Of a stretch of 64,000 bases of DNA, positions 12,410-24,022 are shown piece after piece; the first letter of the stretch is position 1, and each line of letters opens with the position of its first letter. The notes below the pieces were generated by a model. The model was not told where the DNA came from, made no database searches, and saw nothing but the letters and a program-made list of their open reading frames with translations. Source of the DNA: Podarcis pityusensis (lineage: Eukaryota); assembly GCA_964106645.2 (NCBI GenBank), contig OZ067045.1; one strand, written 5' to 3'. A program made the translations under genes and the position numbers.

Positions 12410-12702
12410 GAATGAGGAATGCCTGAAAGACACAGGTGTGCTTAGGGGAAGACGTGATAGCCGTCTTCAAATATCTGAAGGGCTGTGACAGAGAAGATGG
12501 AACAGCCTTGTTTTCTGTTGCTCCAGAGAGCAGGACTAGTACTAATGGGTGGAAATTGCAAGGAAACACATTTAAGCTAAGTGCTAGGAGAAACTTCCTA
12601 AAAGTAAACATTGCAACAGTGGAACAATTTGCCTTATGAGGTGGTAAACTCGGGTTGGATTAAATAGCTTCCAAGGTACCTTCCAACTGTATGATACTAT
12701 GG
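12410..12702 (+). mobile_element. CR1 LINE 3' fragment (degenerate ORF2 C-terminus plus 3'UTR)
   Basis: Translates to DVIAVFKYLKGC..LFSVAPESRT..NGWKLQ..RRNFL, followed by a CR1-like tail CCTTCCAACTGTATGATACTATG. Confidence 0.8.
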
Positions 12703-12929
12703 AATATCAAAGCTGGAGTGGGACTGAGGAGGACTTCTAGCAGTCAAGGTATCAGCCCCTTGCCCATCCCACATCACTAGCTAAAGCATAGATGTGCACA
12801 ATGTGCAGGTTCATGCTTGAATTGCAAAGAATATAAAAAAGACTGCAGATCGTAAGATGAAATTGGGGGCAGTGGAGAGAGAAGTAAAGCATATAGTAAG
12901 TACTGTCCTGCGTCCAAAGTCACACCCAC

Positions 12930-13091
12930 CTGGATCTGCCAGGCCGTGCTGGCGTTCGTTGATTCGTGCCGCATACTGGGAATTGAGTGTCTGCAAGAAT
13001 TTTTCTACAGGGCAGGTGTATAGATTAGGCATGACCACACAGTTGTCCCAGAAGAGCAATACTCCCTCCTTCCATGAAGAAAACTCTACCA
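12930..13091 (-). CDS. RIPOR1: RIPOR1 exon (V)VEFSSWKEGVLLFWD..HGLADP
   Basis: 162 nt, CTCAG acceptor, GTGGGT donor, phase 1 to 1. Confidence 0.93.
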
Positions 13092-13806
13092 CTGAGAGGA
13101 GAAAAAGACGACATAGACAGCTTAGACCTCTGGTTATGATAATGACACCAGGAGGAACATTTCCCCCCCGAACCAGTCTTACTCTTAGAAGCTCCACAAA
13201 TGTCTCTCTTTCCCTCCCCTGCAAAGTATGCTATACAAATTTACATTGAAAACAGCAGTCAGCAATGCTCTAAAAGTACACTCACCATATTTACGGTCAG
13301 CTGTACCCATTCCTTTGCACGATGAGCTCAAATTGCAAAGGTCTGCAGAAAGTGGCTGTGCACAACTCTGATTGGCTAGCAGCTGTAAGGTCAACATCTC
13401 CTCCCTCCCCCATTCTCAATTTAGTTTTACAACTCTTTAAAAATTGTTCTTTTAAAGAAAGGGGTTCAGGGAATGTTACATTGAATAAAGGCAGACACAA
13501 TGCTTTAAAAAACTTTTTAAATATAAAAAACAAAGGATGGGAGAAAGGGCAAAACTAACAACTATTGCAGGTATAAATGTATCTTACAAAGACAAGGCAG
13601 CAGGAAGCCAACCTTACCCTATGGAAGAAAGACAAACAGCTTGGCTGCATGCTTTGTTGTATATTTGCAGACACCCTTTGTAGAAGAACAGTTGACTCCG
13701 CCTCCCTGGATTCTATTTCTCACTGTATCCTGCAAATAAGTGCCAATTCCGGTACTGGTGTAGCTAACCCCAGATTCATTCCACACCTGTCCTCTTTCTT
13801 CCTTAC

Positions 13807-13942
13807 CTTCCTCAGCAGAGCTGGCTGTCCCTGCTCGCTCCTCTGCTAAGCGGCAGACCATCTCCAGGACTTGTGCTTCCCTCGCCAGCCTGTCGAGTGC
13901 ATACATTTCCCGGCAGCGGAGGGGCCCAAAAGTGCCCAGTTT
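13807..13942 (-). CDS. RIPOR1: RIPOR1 exon KLGTFGPLRCREMYALDRL..ASSAEE
   Basis: 136 nt, CCTAG acceptor, GTAAGG donor, phase 0 to 1. Confidence 0.95.
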
Positions 13943-14815
13943 CTAGGAATCAGATACAAGTGGGAAAGATTCTTAGTGGAGGTGGTCAATCTCAGCTCAT
14001 ACTGTGCAGGGCATATGGGGAGCCCTTTTAAGGTAAGGCTCCAGTACAAATAGCTACTCCCCCCTGGTTAGGTATCATGTGCAAGAACAACACAGAAGGG
14101 TAGGCCTGGCATCAAAGCTGGGACTCAACAACTTGAGTGATGTCTGACTGACAGGATGGTCAAAAAAGACGAGGAGGAGGAGGAGGAGTTCCAAGGTAAG
14201 GGCCAAGTCTTAGGTTCCCTCTAGTGGTGGGAACCAACTCTGGATGTTGTTGGGCACCAACTCCCATCAGCCCAAGTCAACATGGCCAATGGCCAGGAAT
14301 GATGGGCACTGTAGTCCATCATCGTCATCTAGATTTCAGAGTCTTGGTTTTGAATGAGGAAGCCCTAAAAGGCCTGGGACCAGTGTTATCGAAGGACCTC
14401 CTTTGGTATCAACCTGCCTATCTACTGAGCTAATCTAACAGGGCCTTGCTCCAGGTGTTCCTGCTGGCTGGTTATCAGAGCCTTTTTCCATTGTGGAGCC
14501 CCAACCATACGCTTTCCCCAAGTTTTTGCCTAGCACCTGTTTCTTACGTTTCTTCAAATGGCTTTGCAGGGTTTTCATTGTGGGTGGCTGTTGGGTGGTG
14601 GTGGTTGTTGTTTTTTTAAAAAAAATCTGTTCATAGTACTGCTTTTTTAAATGTGCATTTGTATTGTACTTTCATTTGGCTTTATTCCTTATTTTGTTTT
14701 TGGTTTTTTTAAAGCTCTTGCAAACCCTCCTGATCTTCATTTTTATACAAGGACAATCATCTTGCACAATGAAAGACATAGCCAATTCTTCACTGAAACC
14801 TCACTGTGAACTCAC

Positions 14816-14996
14816 CAGCAGCAAGCGATTGCAATGGTTCAGGTGTAGGACCAAGGCCCTGTCGAGGAACTCGTTGCCAGTGCTCATGGGCTCTGAGCCA
14901 CCCTCTGAGCTTAAGCACCCAGCTGTGTCTTCAGTAACAGCCTCACTGGGTCCTGGTACCCTGCCCAGGGGTGCAGGCTGTGCACTGCTAGCCTTC
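14816..14996 (-). CDS. RIPOR1: RIPOR1 exon KASSAQPAP..STGNEFLDRALVLHLNHCNRLLL
   Basis: 181 nt, CACAG acceptor, GTGAGT donor, phase 2 to 0. Confidence 0.92.
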
Positions 14997-16504
14997 CTGT
15001 GAAAAGAGCCAGCAGGGAAGATATTAGCAGGGATCCAGTCCTTTGCAAGCCCAACTTTCTTCACTCTGTCAACCCCTGAACATTGAAATGCATTGGAAGT
15101 ATGATTTGGCTTGTCCCAGCACCCATGTAACACCAAAAAGCTCCTGAACAGGTCTGAATTAGGGCTGTGATATCTACTTGATTAACTGGCAAAATCAAAT
15201 ATATAACAAACTTTAATCAACTGAAAAAGGTGTCTCCCTGTTAATCTGGCAGAAGATTTTTCTGAAAATGAGAACATATACTTCTTGCCTCACAAATGTT
15301 TGCCCAACATGCAAATTGAATGGAGTAACACAAATCAATCCATTGATTTTAAACCCTCCTCCGTTATCATATCCTTAACTGGGTTGCGGATCTAGTCGAG
15401 TGAGCACTGCAACTTCGACTGCCAGTGTCTCAACAGAGCACTCCTGAACACTTTTATCCACTTTGTGCTCCAAGACATTTACACTCCCCTTTTTGCAATG
15501 GTCTACTTTTCTACAGAGGCTGGAAGAGAACAGGTTCCTGCTGGCAATATCCAGGGCTGGCCGCTGGGTGGCACTGTTGCAGCACAGCCTGCTGGAATTC
15601 ACCTGTCAGGCCAGGCTCATTTCCGGCAGCTGCATCGGCACTGTGGGAAAAGTCCATCTGGGTCTCTTAGCATGCCAAGCAGAGACATTAGCCTGGAGCA
15701 AACACAGAGCCCCAGCCAGACAAGGGAGCCACTAAGAATCCAAACTATCCCTGAACTGTGGGGGCCTGTTTATAAAAACCAACTATCCTGAGATAAAGAC
15801 CTCTGAGCTCCCTTCAAGTTCTGGTACAGGGAGAGGATACACAAATAAACTGGAGGAGAGTCAACAGCCGTAGGCTGTTTCATCCTAACTTAAGCTGAGC
15901 ATTGCCAATTGGTAGGCCAATGAATCAGTGTTATCTGGCCCACCTTTAATCAAGGTTTTTTTTCCAAAAAAGTAGTAGTAATATTCATACAAATAAAAAA
16001 AAAGAATAGGTTTGAAAAAGCTGAATATATTCCCATTTTACGTCCACATTGGACTTTCTGTACAATGCTCCTGGTTATGCCTGAATACAGAAGTTTGTTC
16101 ATTATGAAGGAAAAGGCTGCAGCTCAGATGTGGTGCACTTGAACACAGGAGGTTCCTGAAGAACTGCTGCCAATCAGCGAAGACAATACAAAGCAACTTG
16201 GAACAAGGGTCTGACTTTGTGTGAGGCACCTTCCAATGCTCCTATGAAGCTTTTACCATGTTAAGGGTCACCAGTGCTATCAGAGGACTTGACCGCCCAT
16301 GATGGATTTGGAGAGTGTGAGAGAAAATATACTTTTAGGCCACAGCTGGAGAAGACAGGGCCCTTTAGAGAATACAGAAGCTGGTCAACCTGATTAAAGC
16401 TACGGTAAGGCTGTTATTTAATAGCCAGAATTTGCAGTTTGTCGTCTCATCAAAGATGGTTAAACAAAGGGGTGTTGTGGGAGAAACACTTTGTGTACTT
16501 TAGT

Positions 16505-16570
16505 GCCATAATAAACCTGTTAGTATTTTAAGGTGCCTTGGTATATTTGTTGTTTTTGCTGCTACAGAGG
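16505..16570 (+). mobile_element. Old Penelope-like element terminal fragment
   Basis: ATAAACCTGTTAGTATTTTAAGGTGCC..TTTGTTGTTTTTGCTGCTACAGA resembles the PLE end seen at 37775-37828. Confidence 0.4.
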
Positions 16571-17073
16571 AAGAAGGTGACCTCCCCAGAATTCCTTGTT
16601 CCTGTAAGACAGATGCTCTTCCAGGATAACCACCTGGGACAATTGTAGAACCTCAGTAGTGTGAGGAAGCTCCAGGGCAGGCACATGCTAGCCAAGAATG
16701 TTAAAAGCTTGCAGGCTCCTGTTGTTCAGGAATGGGAAGCCTGTGGCCCTCCAAAGGTACTTGCATTCCAGTTTCCAAACTGCTCTGGCCAGCGCAGCCA
16801 ATGGTCTGGGATGATGGCAGCTGTAGTCCAGCAGGAACTGGAAGGCCACACCTTCTTCAGTTAACACCTCATCATTTTGGGATGAGGGGTTTTCTAATTT
16901 TGCCCCTTTGCATTGCAAGCCTCCAATCACTTTTCGCTATAAAACTGAATATTACTTTGTCCCCACTTCTCATACAGATCGGAATCCCAACATGCTGGGG
17001 TTCCGCTTATGTCCACTTTAACTTTTGGCAGCCTACACTGAGTTCCCCAGTAACCTATCCCAGCCTCACTCAC

Positions 17074-17189
17074 CCATCATCGTCTGAATCTTCTGTATCA
17101 GAAGCATTGAGGAAGCTGAAACTCTCCAGAGCATGCTCTACCGTCAGGCTGGTGCTGGAGGCCCGGCTCAGGCACACACCCTGCTTTTG
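17074..17189 (-). CDS. RIPOR1: RIPOR1 exon QKQGVCLSRASSTSLTVEHALESFSFLNASDTEDSDDD
   Basis: 116 nt, CACAG acceptor, GTGAGT donor, phase 0 to 2. Confidence 0.95.
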
Positions 17190-18323
17190 CTGTGGGATGA
17201 GGGGAAAGAAAACAAGCATCACTTTGTCCACTCTGGCAGCTGTTTCCTATGTCTGCCAGCAAAACACTCTGGGCCATGAGATCAAGCTGTGATCACCTGT
17301 GCTTCTGTGGTTGCAGCCGCTGTAGCTTCGAGAAGTGAGAAACTCGGAACAATTTCTAAGGGGAAAGTTGTGGGGAGGGGACATCTTCTAATCTCATAAG
17401 TATAAAAGCATAAGAAAAATGTCAAAAGCAATATTTGGGCAATAGCTTTTATCAGAACAACCAAAATGTCACAAAACTTGTGTGCAAGCTTTTAAGTTCT
17501 CCAGAACCCTTTAACAGGCTAGATGGTAAACAAAGCTGGCTGGCCCAGGGGTGGGGGAGAAAGGGAGAAACTTGGCTGAGAGTGAAGCCAGGGAACCTCC
17601 ATCTGATCTCCACAGATGGAATGTGGAAGGAGGTGGCAGACATTCAGTCTCATTTTCCTCAGGTGCCATGCAGCTTTCAGGTTGCACTTAAGGATGCTGG
17701 GAAGAAGGAACATACCATATTTTTTTTGCTTCTATATGTAAGGCAGAATTTGGCTTCTATGTGTATCTGTTTGTGGGCTGAGTGTTGGATTCTGTTGGTC
17801 AGGATGCACCTTAGCAAGAGGATGAAAAAGGAGGGGACCCCGGATTCTAAATGTGCTTCAAAAACTGTTGTTACATTTGGGGGGGGGGGAGAGGGTGTCT
17901 TGTTTTATTATACTGTATTGTAGCTCTGATTTATATTACATTGCATTGGATTATATTACATTGTAGTTTCTCAGTTTTCTTTTTGTTATATACACATATT
18001 GCTATTTTGTTAACTGCTTATGTGTATCTGCAACAGTAACTTCACCAGACAGGGTGGGAACACTAGAAAGGATTTACAGTGGTCAGGGAGCGAGGCTTCA
18101 GGGGTCCAACGAATTATTCTTTTGTTCTTCCCTATGGTTGGCACAAATTATGCAAACAACAACAAGCAAATATGCACAAAGTGAGGTTTGTTTGCACAAT
18201 TCACACAAGTTCCAGAATTCAGCAAAGTATGGTTAAAACATTTTATTACAGCTCTAAATATACACAGATCCAGGGATGCTGTCCTTCCCCCAGCCATGGT
18301 CTTCTTCACCCCCTCTCACTCAC

Positions 18324-19025
18324 CAAGAGAATCTCCTCTAGGTGCTTGAGCTCCTGTTCCAAGGTCTGTAGCTCAGGGAACTGGCCTCGGTAGTCATCTA
18401 GAGCAGAGGCCAGTGAGTTGATGGCCTCCTCCAGCCCACAGTCCACAGGCTTGGGCTTTGGTGGCTCCAAGAGTCCCACTGGCTGAAGCTCCTTTGGGAC
18501 CGGCAGGCTCAATGAAAGCTTGGGCTGTTCAACCTCTTGGGCTTGGGAGGCTGTGTCCTCAGTCCCTTCTACAGTGGGAGTGGCCCCATCAGGCTCAATC
18601 TCCTGTTCTCCAGCCTCTATGATCTGAGTGTCCAGCACTGAGCCTGCACTTTGGGGCAAGGAGTTCGTTTCCAGCGGAGGCAGGTCCCTGGGACTGGAGT
18701 CTCTGGGGACAGTGCACTCCTTTTCCTCTGCCAATGGCAGGTCCACACTAGCCTCGCTGATCTGACTAAGTGTCCGAGCATAGGGCACATGTCCGTTAGC
18801 CACAGCCACCTCCTCGCGAACGGCTGGTGGCTCTTTGTCCTCGGGTTGCGTAAAGGCAATTTCTATGGCAGGTGGAGTTGCCTGTACTGCAGGTTGCACA
18901 ATAGGCCTGGGCAGTGTATGGCGGTCACTTCCAGACAGCTGTGGGCTAGAGGAATCATCCGAAGACTCTGAAGAGATGGACCAGGCTGCCCCGTTCTCAA
19001 GCTCCTCCTGCTGCCGCAACATGTT
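18324..19025 (-). CDS. RIPOR1: RIPOR1 large central exon NMLRQQEELENG..LDDYRGQFPELQTLEQELKHLEEILL
   Basis: 702 nt inside ORF 18306..19106, TCCAG acceptor, GTGAGT donor, phase 0 to 0. Confidence 0.95.
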
Positions 19026-20825
19026 CTGGAAAGAATGCAGCATAGATGAGACACGAGGGATGCATTGAGCATAGTGCATGTGTGCAAGCATGGAAACATC
19101 TGTCACTGCCTACACCCCTGCATAACACCATCACTTCCTTCCACCCCCCCCAACTCCTTTACTCTTCAGGCTCACTGAATTTTCCTTATTTGTGCCCCTT
19201 GACCCCCATGATAAGCTCCATTGTTATACCAGGCTGCAACTGAGCTCCCACTCTCTTCACTTGGCCAGCAACAGACACTTGGGAGATTGTGCCCTTTGGG
19301 TGGAAAGATGCTGGATATCAGAGAGACTGCAACTTTGGTAGGAGCAGGAAGCGCAAAATGTTGGGTCATCATTTTGCGACTCGGCTCCCCACTGGAGAAG
19401 ACAGCTTGCCCAGGATGTGTGATGCTGCATCTTTTACAGACAAAAGCAGTCTGCTTCAAGTCTCAACAGTCTTGGAGACAAGACTCCAGGGCAGCAGCCC
19501 AGCTACTTGTGGGCAGTTAAATCAACCTCCCTTGCAAGTGGGGTTGGATCCAGAACTGGCCAGGAGGGCCATCGTTCCTAGCTGTCCTGTTCTTGGTTTG
19601 CTGTGACAACTCAAGGTGCCCTCAACAAGATGGCAAGGCACCTGAGAAACATTTCAGCCCCTAACCATTCTCTGACAGGCTGCTTGGAGGGATATTGGCT
19701 TCCAGCCCTCCAGCCCAACCCTTTCTATTCAAAGCCCTTTGTGCTTCTTTACATAGCTTCCACCACGCCTCTATACATCCACCACCCATGGATAAGGGCA
19801 GGAATTGCAGCCAAGATGAGACACACGAGTGATTTGTTTGTTTGCCAGGCCCCAGCACTGAGCCACATGTCACAAATCACATGGCAAATTATATGCCAAT
19901 TCTCTGCTAATCTTTGTGGCAGACAAGGAGGAAATCACTGTTTATTTCAGGTAGCACCCCAGACGAAGGAATGTTGCACAATTCCCTGAAGGTTACATTT
20001 CCTCCTTTCTTGAGATACCTGCTCCAGTTTGGAAATACCACAAATTACACAGAGGAACACGGGAAGCCACCTCATGCTGAGTCAGACCAATAGTCCATCT
20101 AGCTCAGTACTGTCTACACTTACTGATAGCATCTTGCCAGGGATAAGGGACATTCCCAGCTGTACCTGGAGCTGCAAAGAATTGAACCTGGTACATTCTC
20201 TGGGCAAAGCATCTGAATTACCACTGAGCTACAGCCCGTACACACACACACGTCAGCTTGGGAAGCCTAGAGCAGGGAGGGGAAACCTGTCATCCTCCAC
20301 ATGTTCAACTCCCATCATAATTTACCATTTGCAATGCTGGCTGGGGATGATGAGAGTTGGAGTTCATCATCATCAACTGGAAGGTCAAAGGTTCCTCAAG
20401 TCCTGGCCTACAGGGAGGCAGCTCTTCCTCAGCCACCAAATCCACCAGAAGGCAGCCATATGATGAATATGGGCAGCACATAGAAGGCTGGTATATTACA
20501 GAAGGCAAACTGGTGTGAGGAAGAAATCTACTACTACAAAAAGCAGGAGACGAAAGCCTGTATGATCCGCACCCTGCCTTCAGGGGCAGCAGCAAGTAAG
20601 CACACGATCGCCACAAAACACCACAATCTGGGAAGACAGGGGAAGTCCACTGCTCACTACTGCAAAGCAGCAGAGGGACAGGCAAGATTCTGCAGTGAAT
20701 CCACTTGCCTTATTCACAGCTCTGATTCAGGCCTTGAAACAGGAACCACAGACTAGCACACGGGAGACAGAGCACAGCTACATCTACATCAGGTGACTAG
20801 GCTAAGCTAGAGGGCCAGCACTTAC

Positions 20826-20969
20826 ACAGCCCCGAGGTGCCCTTGTGCCGAGCTGCACTGAGGAGACGTCGCTGCATGAGCAGCTCCGCGGCAGCCTCTC
20901 TAGGAAAGTCTCCCGGAAGATGTCCAACAAGGCCCACCTGTGCTTGTGGGGAGCCTCCCGTGGCAGGCT
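20826..20969 (-). CDS. RIPOR1: Putative RIPOR1 cassette exon SLPREAPHKHRWALLDIFRETFLERLPRSCSCSDVSSVQLGTRAPRGC
   Basis: 144 nt, open, phase 0 to 0. Branch-like GCTGAC, polypyrimidine tract, AAG acceptor, GTAAGT donor, CpG-rich. Resembles the RIPOR2 alternative exon at the same position. Confidence 0.7.
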
Positions 20970-21124
20970 CTTGAGCGGAGAAAGAGGCAACGGTCAGCAC
21001 CAAGGGCTTAGCTCCATTACAACATGAGACTCACTTGCCTTACAGACAATCTGCTGGTGCTTCTCCCTGGCAATCAGGACCACTCTGGTTTCTATAACTG
21101 ATTGATCTGCCAGTGTGGGGGTAC

Positions 21125-21313
21125 TAGAGTCTCAGACTGGGACCTGAAAGACCCGGGTTCCAATCCCCGCTCAGCCATGATGCTCGCTGGGTGACCTTGG
21201 GCAGATCACTGCCTCTCAGCCTAATCTGCCTCACAGGGTTCTTGTGGGGATTAAATGAGGAGGGAGAGAATGATGCACATCACCTTGAGCTCCTTGGAGG
21301 AAATGCTGGGATA
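21125..21313 (+). mobile_element. Old tRNA-derived (MIR/CORE-like) SINE interrupted by the MITE at 21316-22006; A-rich tail resumes at about 22009-22033
   Basis: B-box-like GGGTTCCAATCCC and core-like TGGGTGACCTTGGGCAGATCACTGCCTCTCAGCC. Confidence 0.65.
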
Positions 21314-21315
21314 TA

Positions 21316-22006
21316 CCGTATTTTTCGTCCCATAGGACGCACCTAGTTTTTTGGGGGGGAAATAAAGGAAAAAAAATTTCCCTTTATTTCCCCCCCAAAA
21401 GCAGGTCGGGAAACCGAACAAGGTCGAGGAACAGCGGGATGGCGGCGCTGCGCCTCCCTGCTGTCCCCCGAGCTTGTGGGGCTGGCCGATGTCTGCCCGG
21501 CGCGCGGGGCGCTCTGCTTCAGGGCGCCCCGCCCGCCGGGCGGCAGGCTGCTATCCGCAGCGTGGGGAGCCCTGCGGGGAACTCCTGCAGGGCTCCCCAT
21601 GCTGCGGATGTGTTCCCGAAGCGCAGGGCGCTCTGCTTTCAGGGCGCCCGGCGCTCCGGGAAACAGGCTACTATCCGCAGCCTAGACATCCCTGCGGGAC
21701 CTCCGGCAGGGCTGCCTAGGCTGCGGATGTGTTCCCGAAGCGCAGGGCGCTCTGCTTTCAGGGCGCCCGGCGCTCCGGAAACCAGGCTGCTATCCGCAGC
21801 CTAGACATCCCTGCGGGAACTCCCGCAGGGCTGCCTAGGCTGCGGATGTCTTCCTGAAGCCTGGAGAGCGAGAGAGGTCGGTGCGCACCGACCCCTCTCG
21901 CTCTCCAAGCTTCAGCGAAAGCCTGCATTCGCCCCATAGGACGCACCCAGATTTCCCCTTCATTTTTGGAGGGGGAAAAGTGCATCCTATAGAGCGGAAA
22001 AAACGG
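21316..22006. mobile_element. Young GC-rich Tc2/pogo-like MITE with internal tandem repeats
   Basis: TIRs CCGTATTTTTCGTCCCATAGGACGCAC / GTGCATCCTATAGAGCGGAAAAAACGG, TA TSD at 21314-21315 and 22007-22008, CpGs retained. Confidence 0.85.
21508..21860. repeat. Three 119-bp GC-rich tandem units, each self-complementary
   Basis: GGCGCTCTGCTT starts at 21508, 21627 and 21746. Units 2 and 3 contain ATCCGCAGCCTAG..CTAGGCTGCGGAT; unit 1 has a variant. Confidence 0.85.
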
Positions 22007-22423
22007 TAAATGCATTTTTAAAAAAAATAATAATCTGACATTTCTCCTATCAACCAGATGTTGTCCTCTCCTTTCTTGTACTAATTTCCTCAACTTCTTC
22101 AGCTCAAGACAGAGGCCTGGTTCAGATGCAAAAGTCTTGACTTGATAAACTAAGGTTTCTTGTACTGAGAACAAGTGTTGACCCCTCCACTTCTCCCACA
22201 TGCCTTAATGCAATATGTTCAAAGTAGGACTTGCTCTGAAGATCTCTCCATCTCATATAGCATTGTGGCTAAAAGTCTGAGCTGCGATCCAGGAGGCTGC
22301 TGATTTTTAGTCACATCTCAGCCACAAACTTAGTTGGTGGGACTTAGGAAAGCTACAGTTCTCCCAACTAGGACCAGGAGTGTGGGTTTTGATTCCCTTC
22401 CAGGTTTTTCCCTTTGCACTCAC

Positions 22424-22553
22424 ATAAAAAGCCTGTTCACGCATAGATGGTGTATCAGGTGGGCTCTGGTTGTACGTGGAAAATCTCTTGTTGACTGTAG
22501 ATGTCTTTGTCACAGTGCTAGCAGATGATGGTTGGTCCTCTTTGTCAAAGGGG
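22424..22553 (-). CDS. RIPOR1: RIPOR1 exon PFDKEDQPSSAS..PPDTPSMREQAFY
   Basis: 130 nt, ACCAG acceptor, GTGAGT donor, phase 2 to 0. Confidence 0.95.
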
Positions 22554-22941
22554 CTGGTGAAAAGAAAGCAGAGTGCTCAGAGAGAAAAGTGAACCACCCC
22601 TCCTGTACACTGATGTAAGAAGAGAAAGGGAGGGTCACACATTATTAAATCCTCTTGGGGAGTCACCATCCAGAGCAGCCTTCCAGAAGTTCTGGACCAC
22701 AGATCGCATTGGTCCCAGTCAGCACGCTATACTTGCCATGGGCTGTTGGGAGTTGTAGTTCAAAACACCTGGAGGGCACTAAGCTGGGGAAGGAGGATCT
22801 ATAGTACCATGGTCCCAGTTCCCTCACTTATCAGGCCCCTTCCCTTCAGGTTCTGTAAGATCACAACCTTCCTCACCCAAGAACATTTCTAACACAGCTC
22901 CACAACAGAGAAACTCAACAAGCCTCAAGCGAATAACTCAC

Positions 22942-23090
22942 TTCCAATTAACCTCCAGGCTCAGCTTGATGGTGCCCAGGTCATTGATATCTACTGCCAC
23001 GACCTGTGGCAGTGCTGCAAACAGGTCCTTGGTTTCACAAGAGACGTTCCCCACCACCACATGACTGGCCAAGCTCTTCAGCTCTGTTAC
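22942..23090 (-). CDS. RIPOR1: RIPOR1 exon [33 protein letters not shown]
   Basis: 149 nt, CCCAG acceptor, GTGAGT donor, phase 0 to 2. Confidence 0.95.
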
Positions 23091-23185
23091 CTGGGAGGAG
23101 AAGGAAGAGTTGAGGCCCAGTAAGCCTAGGAAATGAATTGTCTTTCCTGTGACAGGGGCCAGCTGCCCAGAGTGGCACCAGATAC

Positions 23186-23311
23186 CTTGATGGACAGGAA
23201 CTCTGTAATGAGGGGCAGGAAGATCATCTCCTCACTGTCCCACACTTGCTTGCTGTTTGCCTCAATGCGGCCCCGCAGCTTCCACCGCTGGCGCCCGTAT
23301 CTCATGAAGAT
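23186..23311 (-). CDS. RIPOR1: RIPOR1 exon [23 protein letters not shown]
   Basis: 126 nt, GGCAG acceptor, GTATCT donor, phase 0 to 0. Confidence 0.95.
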
Positions 23312-23521
23312 CTGCCACAAGGAATAAGAGAGTTCAGATCAACTGGATGGACGTGAAACAAGGTGTGCATCCTATCAGAGCTGGACAAGAGCTAATGCAA
23401 TCAGTGCTGGGGAACCAGATTCCCCTCCAACAAGCTGTTTGGTCAACTCCAGTTCATCTAGTTTCCAGGACCCAAGCCCCTCCCTCTCCACATGTTCTGA
23501 GCCCATCTCTAAGTCACAAAC

Positions 23522-23565
23522 CTCATATTGGTCTCCGGCACAGAGCCTAGCAAAGCCAGCCAATC
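23522..23565 (-). CDS. RIPOR1: RIPOR1 exon (G)LAGFARLCAGDQYE
   Basis: 44 nt, TGCAG acceptor, GTTTGT donor, phase 1 to 0. Confidence 0.95.
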
Positions 23566-23847
23566 CTGCAAGAGGAAAAAAAATGTCAGTGCCTCTGTCA
23601 TGACCCCACAATTTTGCTGATCCACTTAAATGACAAGAGGTGTGGGATAGGGTGCAGATACATGTTTAGGAGGTAAACTTGCAGCTGGAATTTCATATAT
23701 GGGATCTGGAGTAAAACATCCGCTTTCAAGAAAAAGGGTTAACCCTCCCACCCACTTAGGGTTATGCCCTCCCAAAGCTGCTTTTCAAGTTACAAAATGG
23801 CCACCAGACATCCCTTTGTATATGACATATTGTTTGCTCTTCTGTAC

Positions 23848-23911
23848 CTTTCATCTTGATGTGGAACTCTCCCAACTGACTCTCTAGTTCACTCTCCAAC
23901 AGACACATATT
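23848..23911 (-). CDS. RIPOR1: RIPOR1 exon [21 protein letters not shown]
   Basis: 64 nt, TCCAG acceptor, GTACAG donor, phase 0 to 1. Confidence 0.95.
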
Positions 23912-24022
23912 CTGGAAGGGGGAGAAACCAATAAACTGTCCATTAATGCCGCCAACACAAAGCCTGGTCCCCATTCCTCCATTTCCTTCCTCCTCCCTCA
24001 GTACCAGGCCATCTTGACTCAC

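Noticed and set aside
21343-22201. Repetitive ORFs and a superficially CRISPR-like array
   Set aside because: Tandem 119-bp units inside a MITE, no unique spacers, eukaryotic context.
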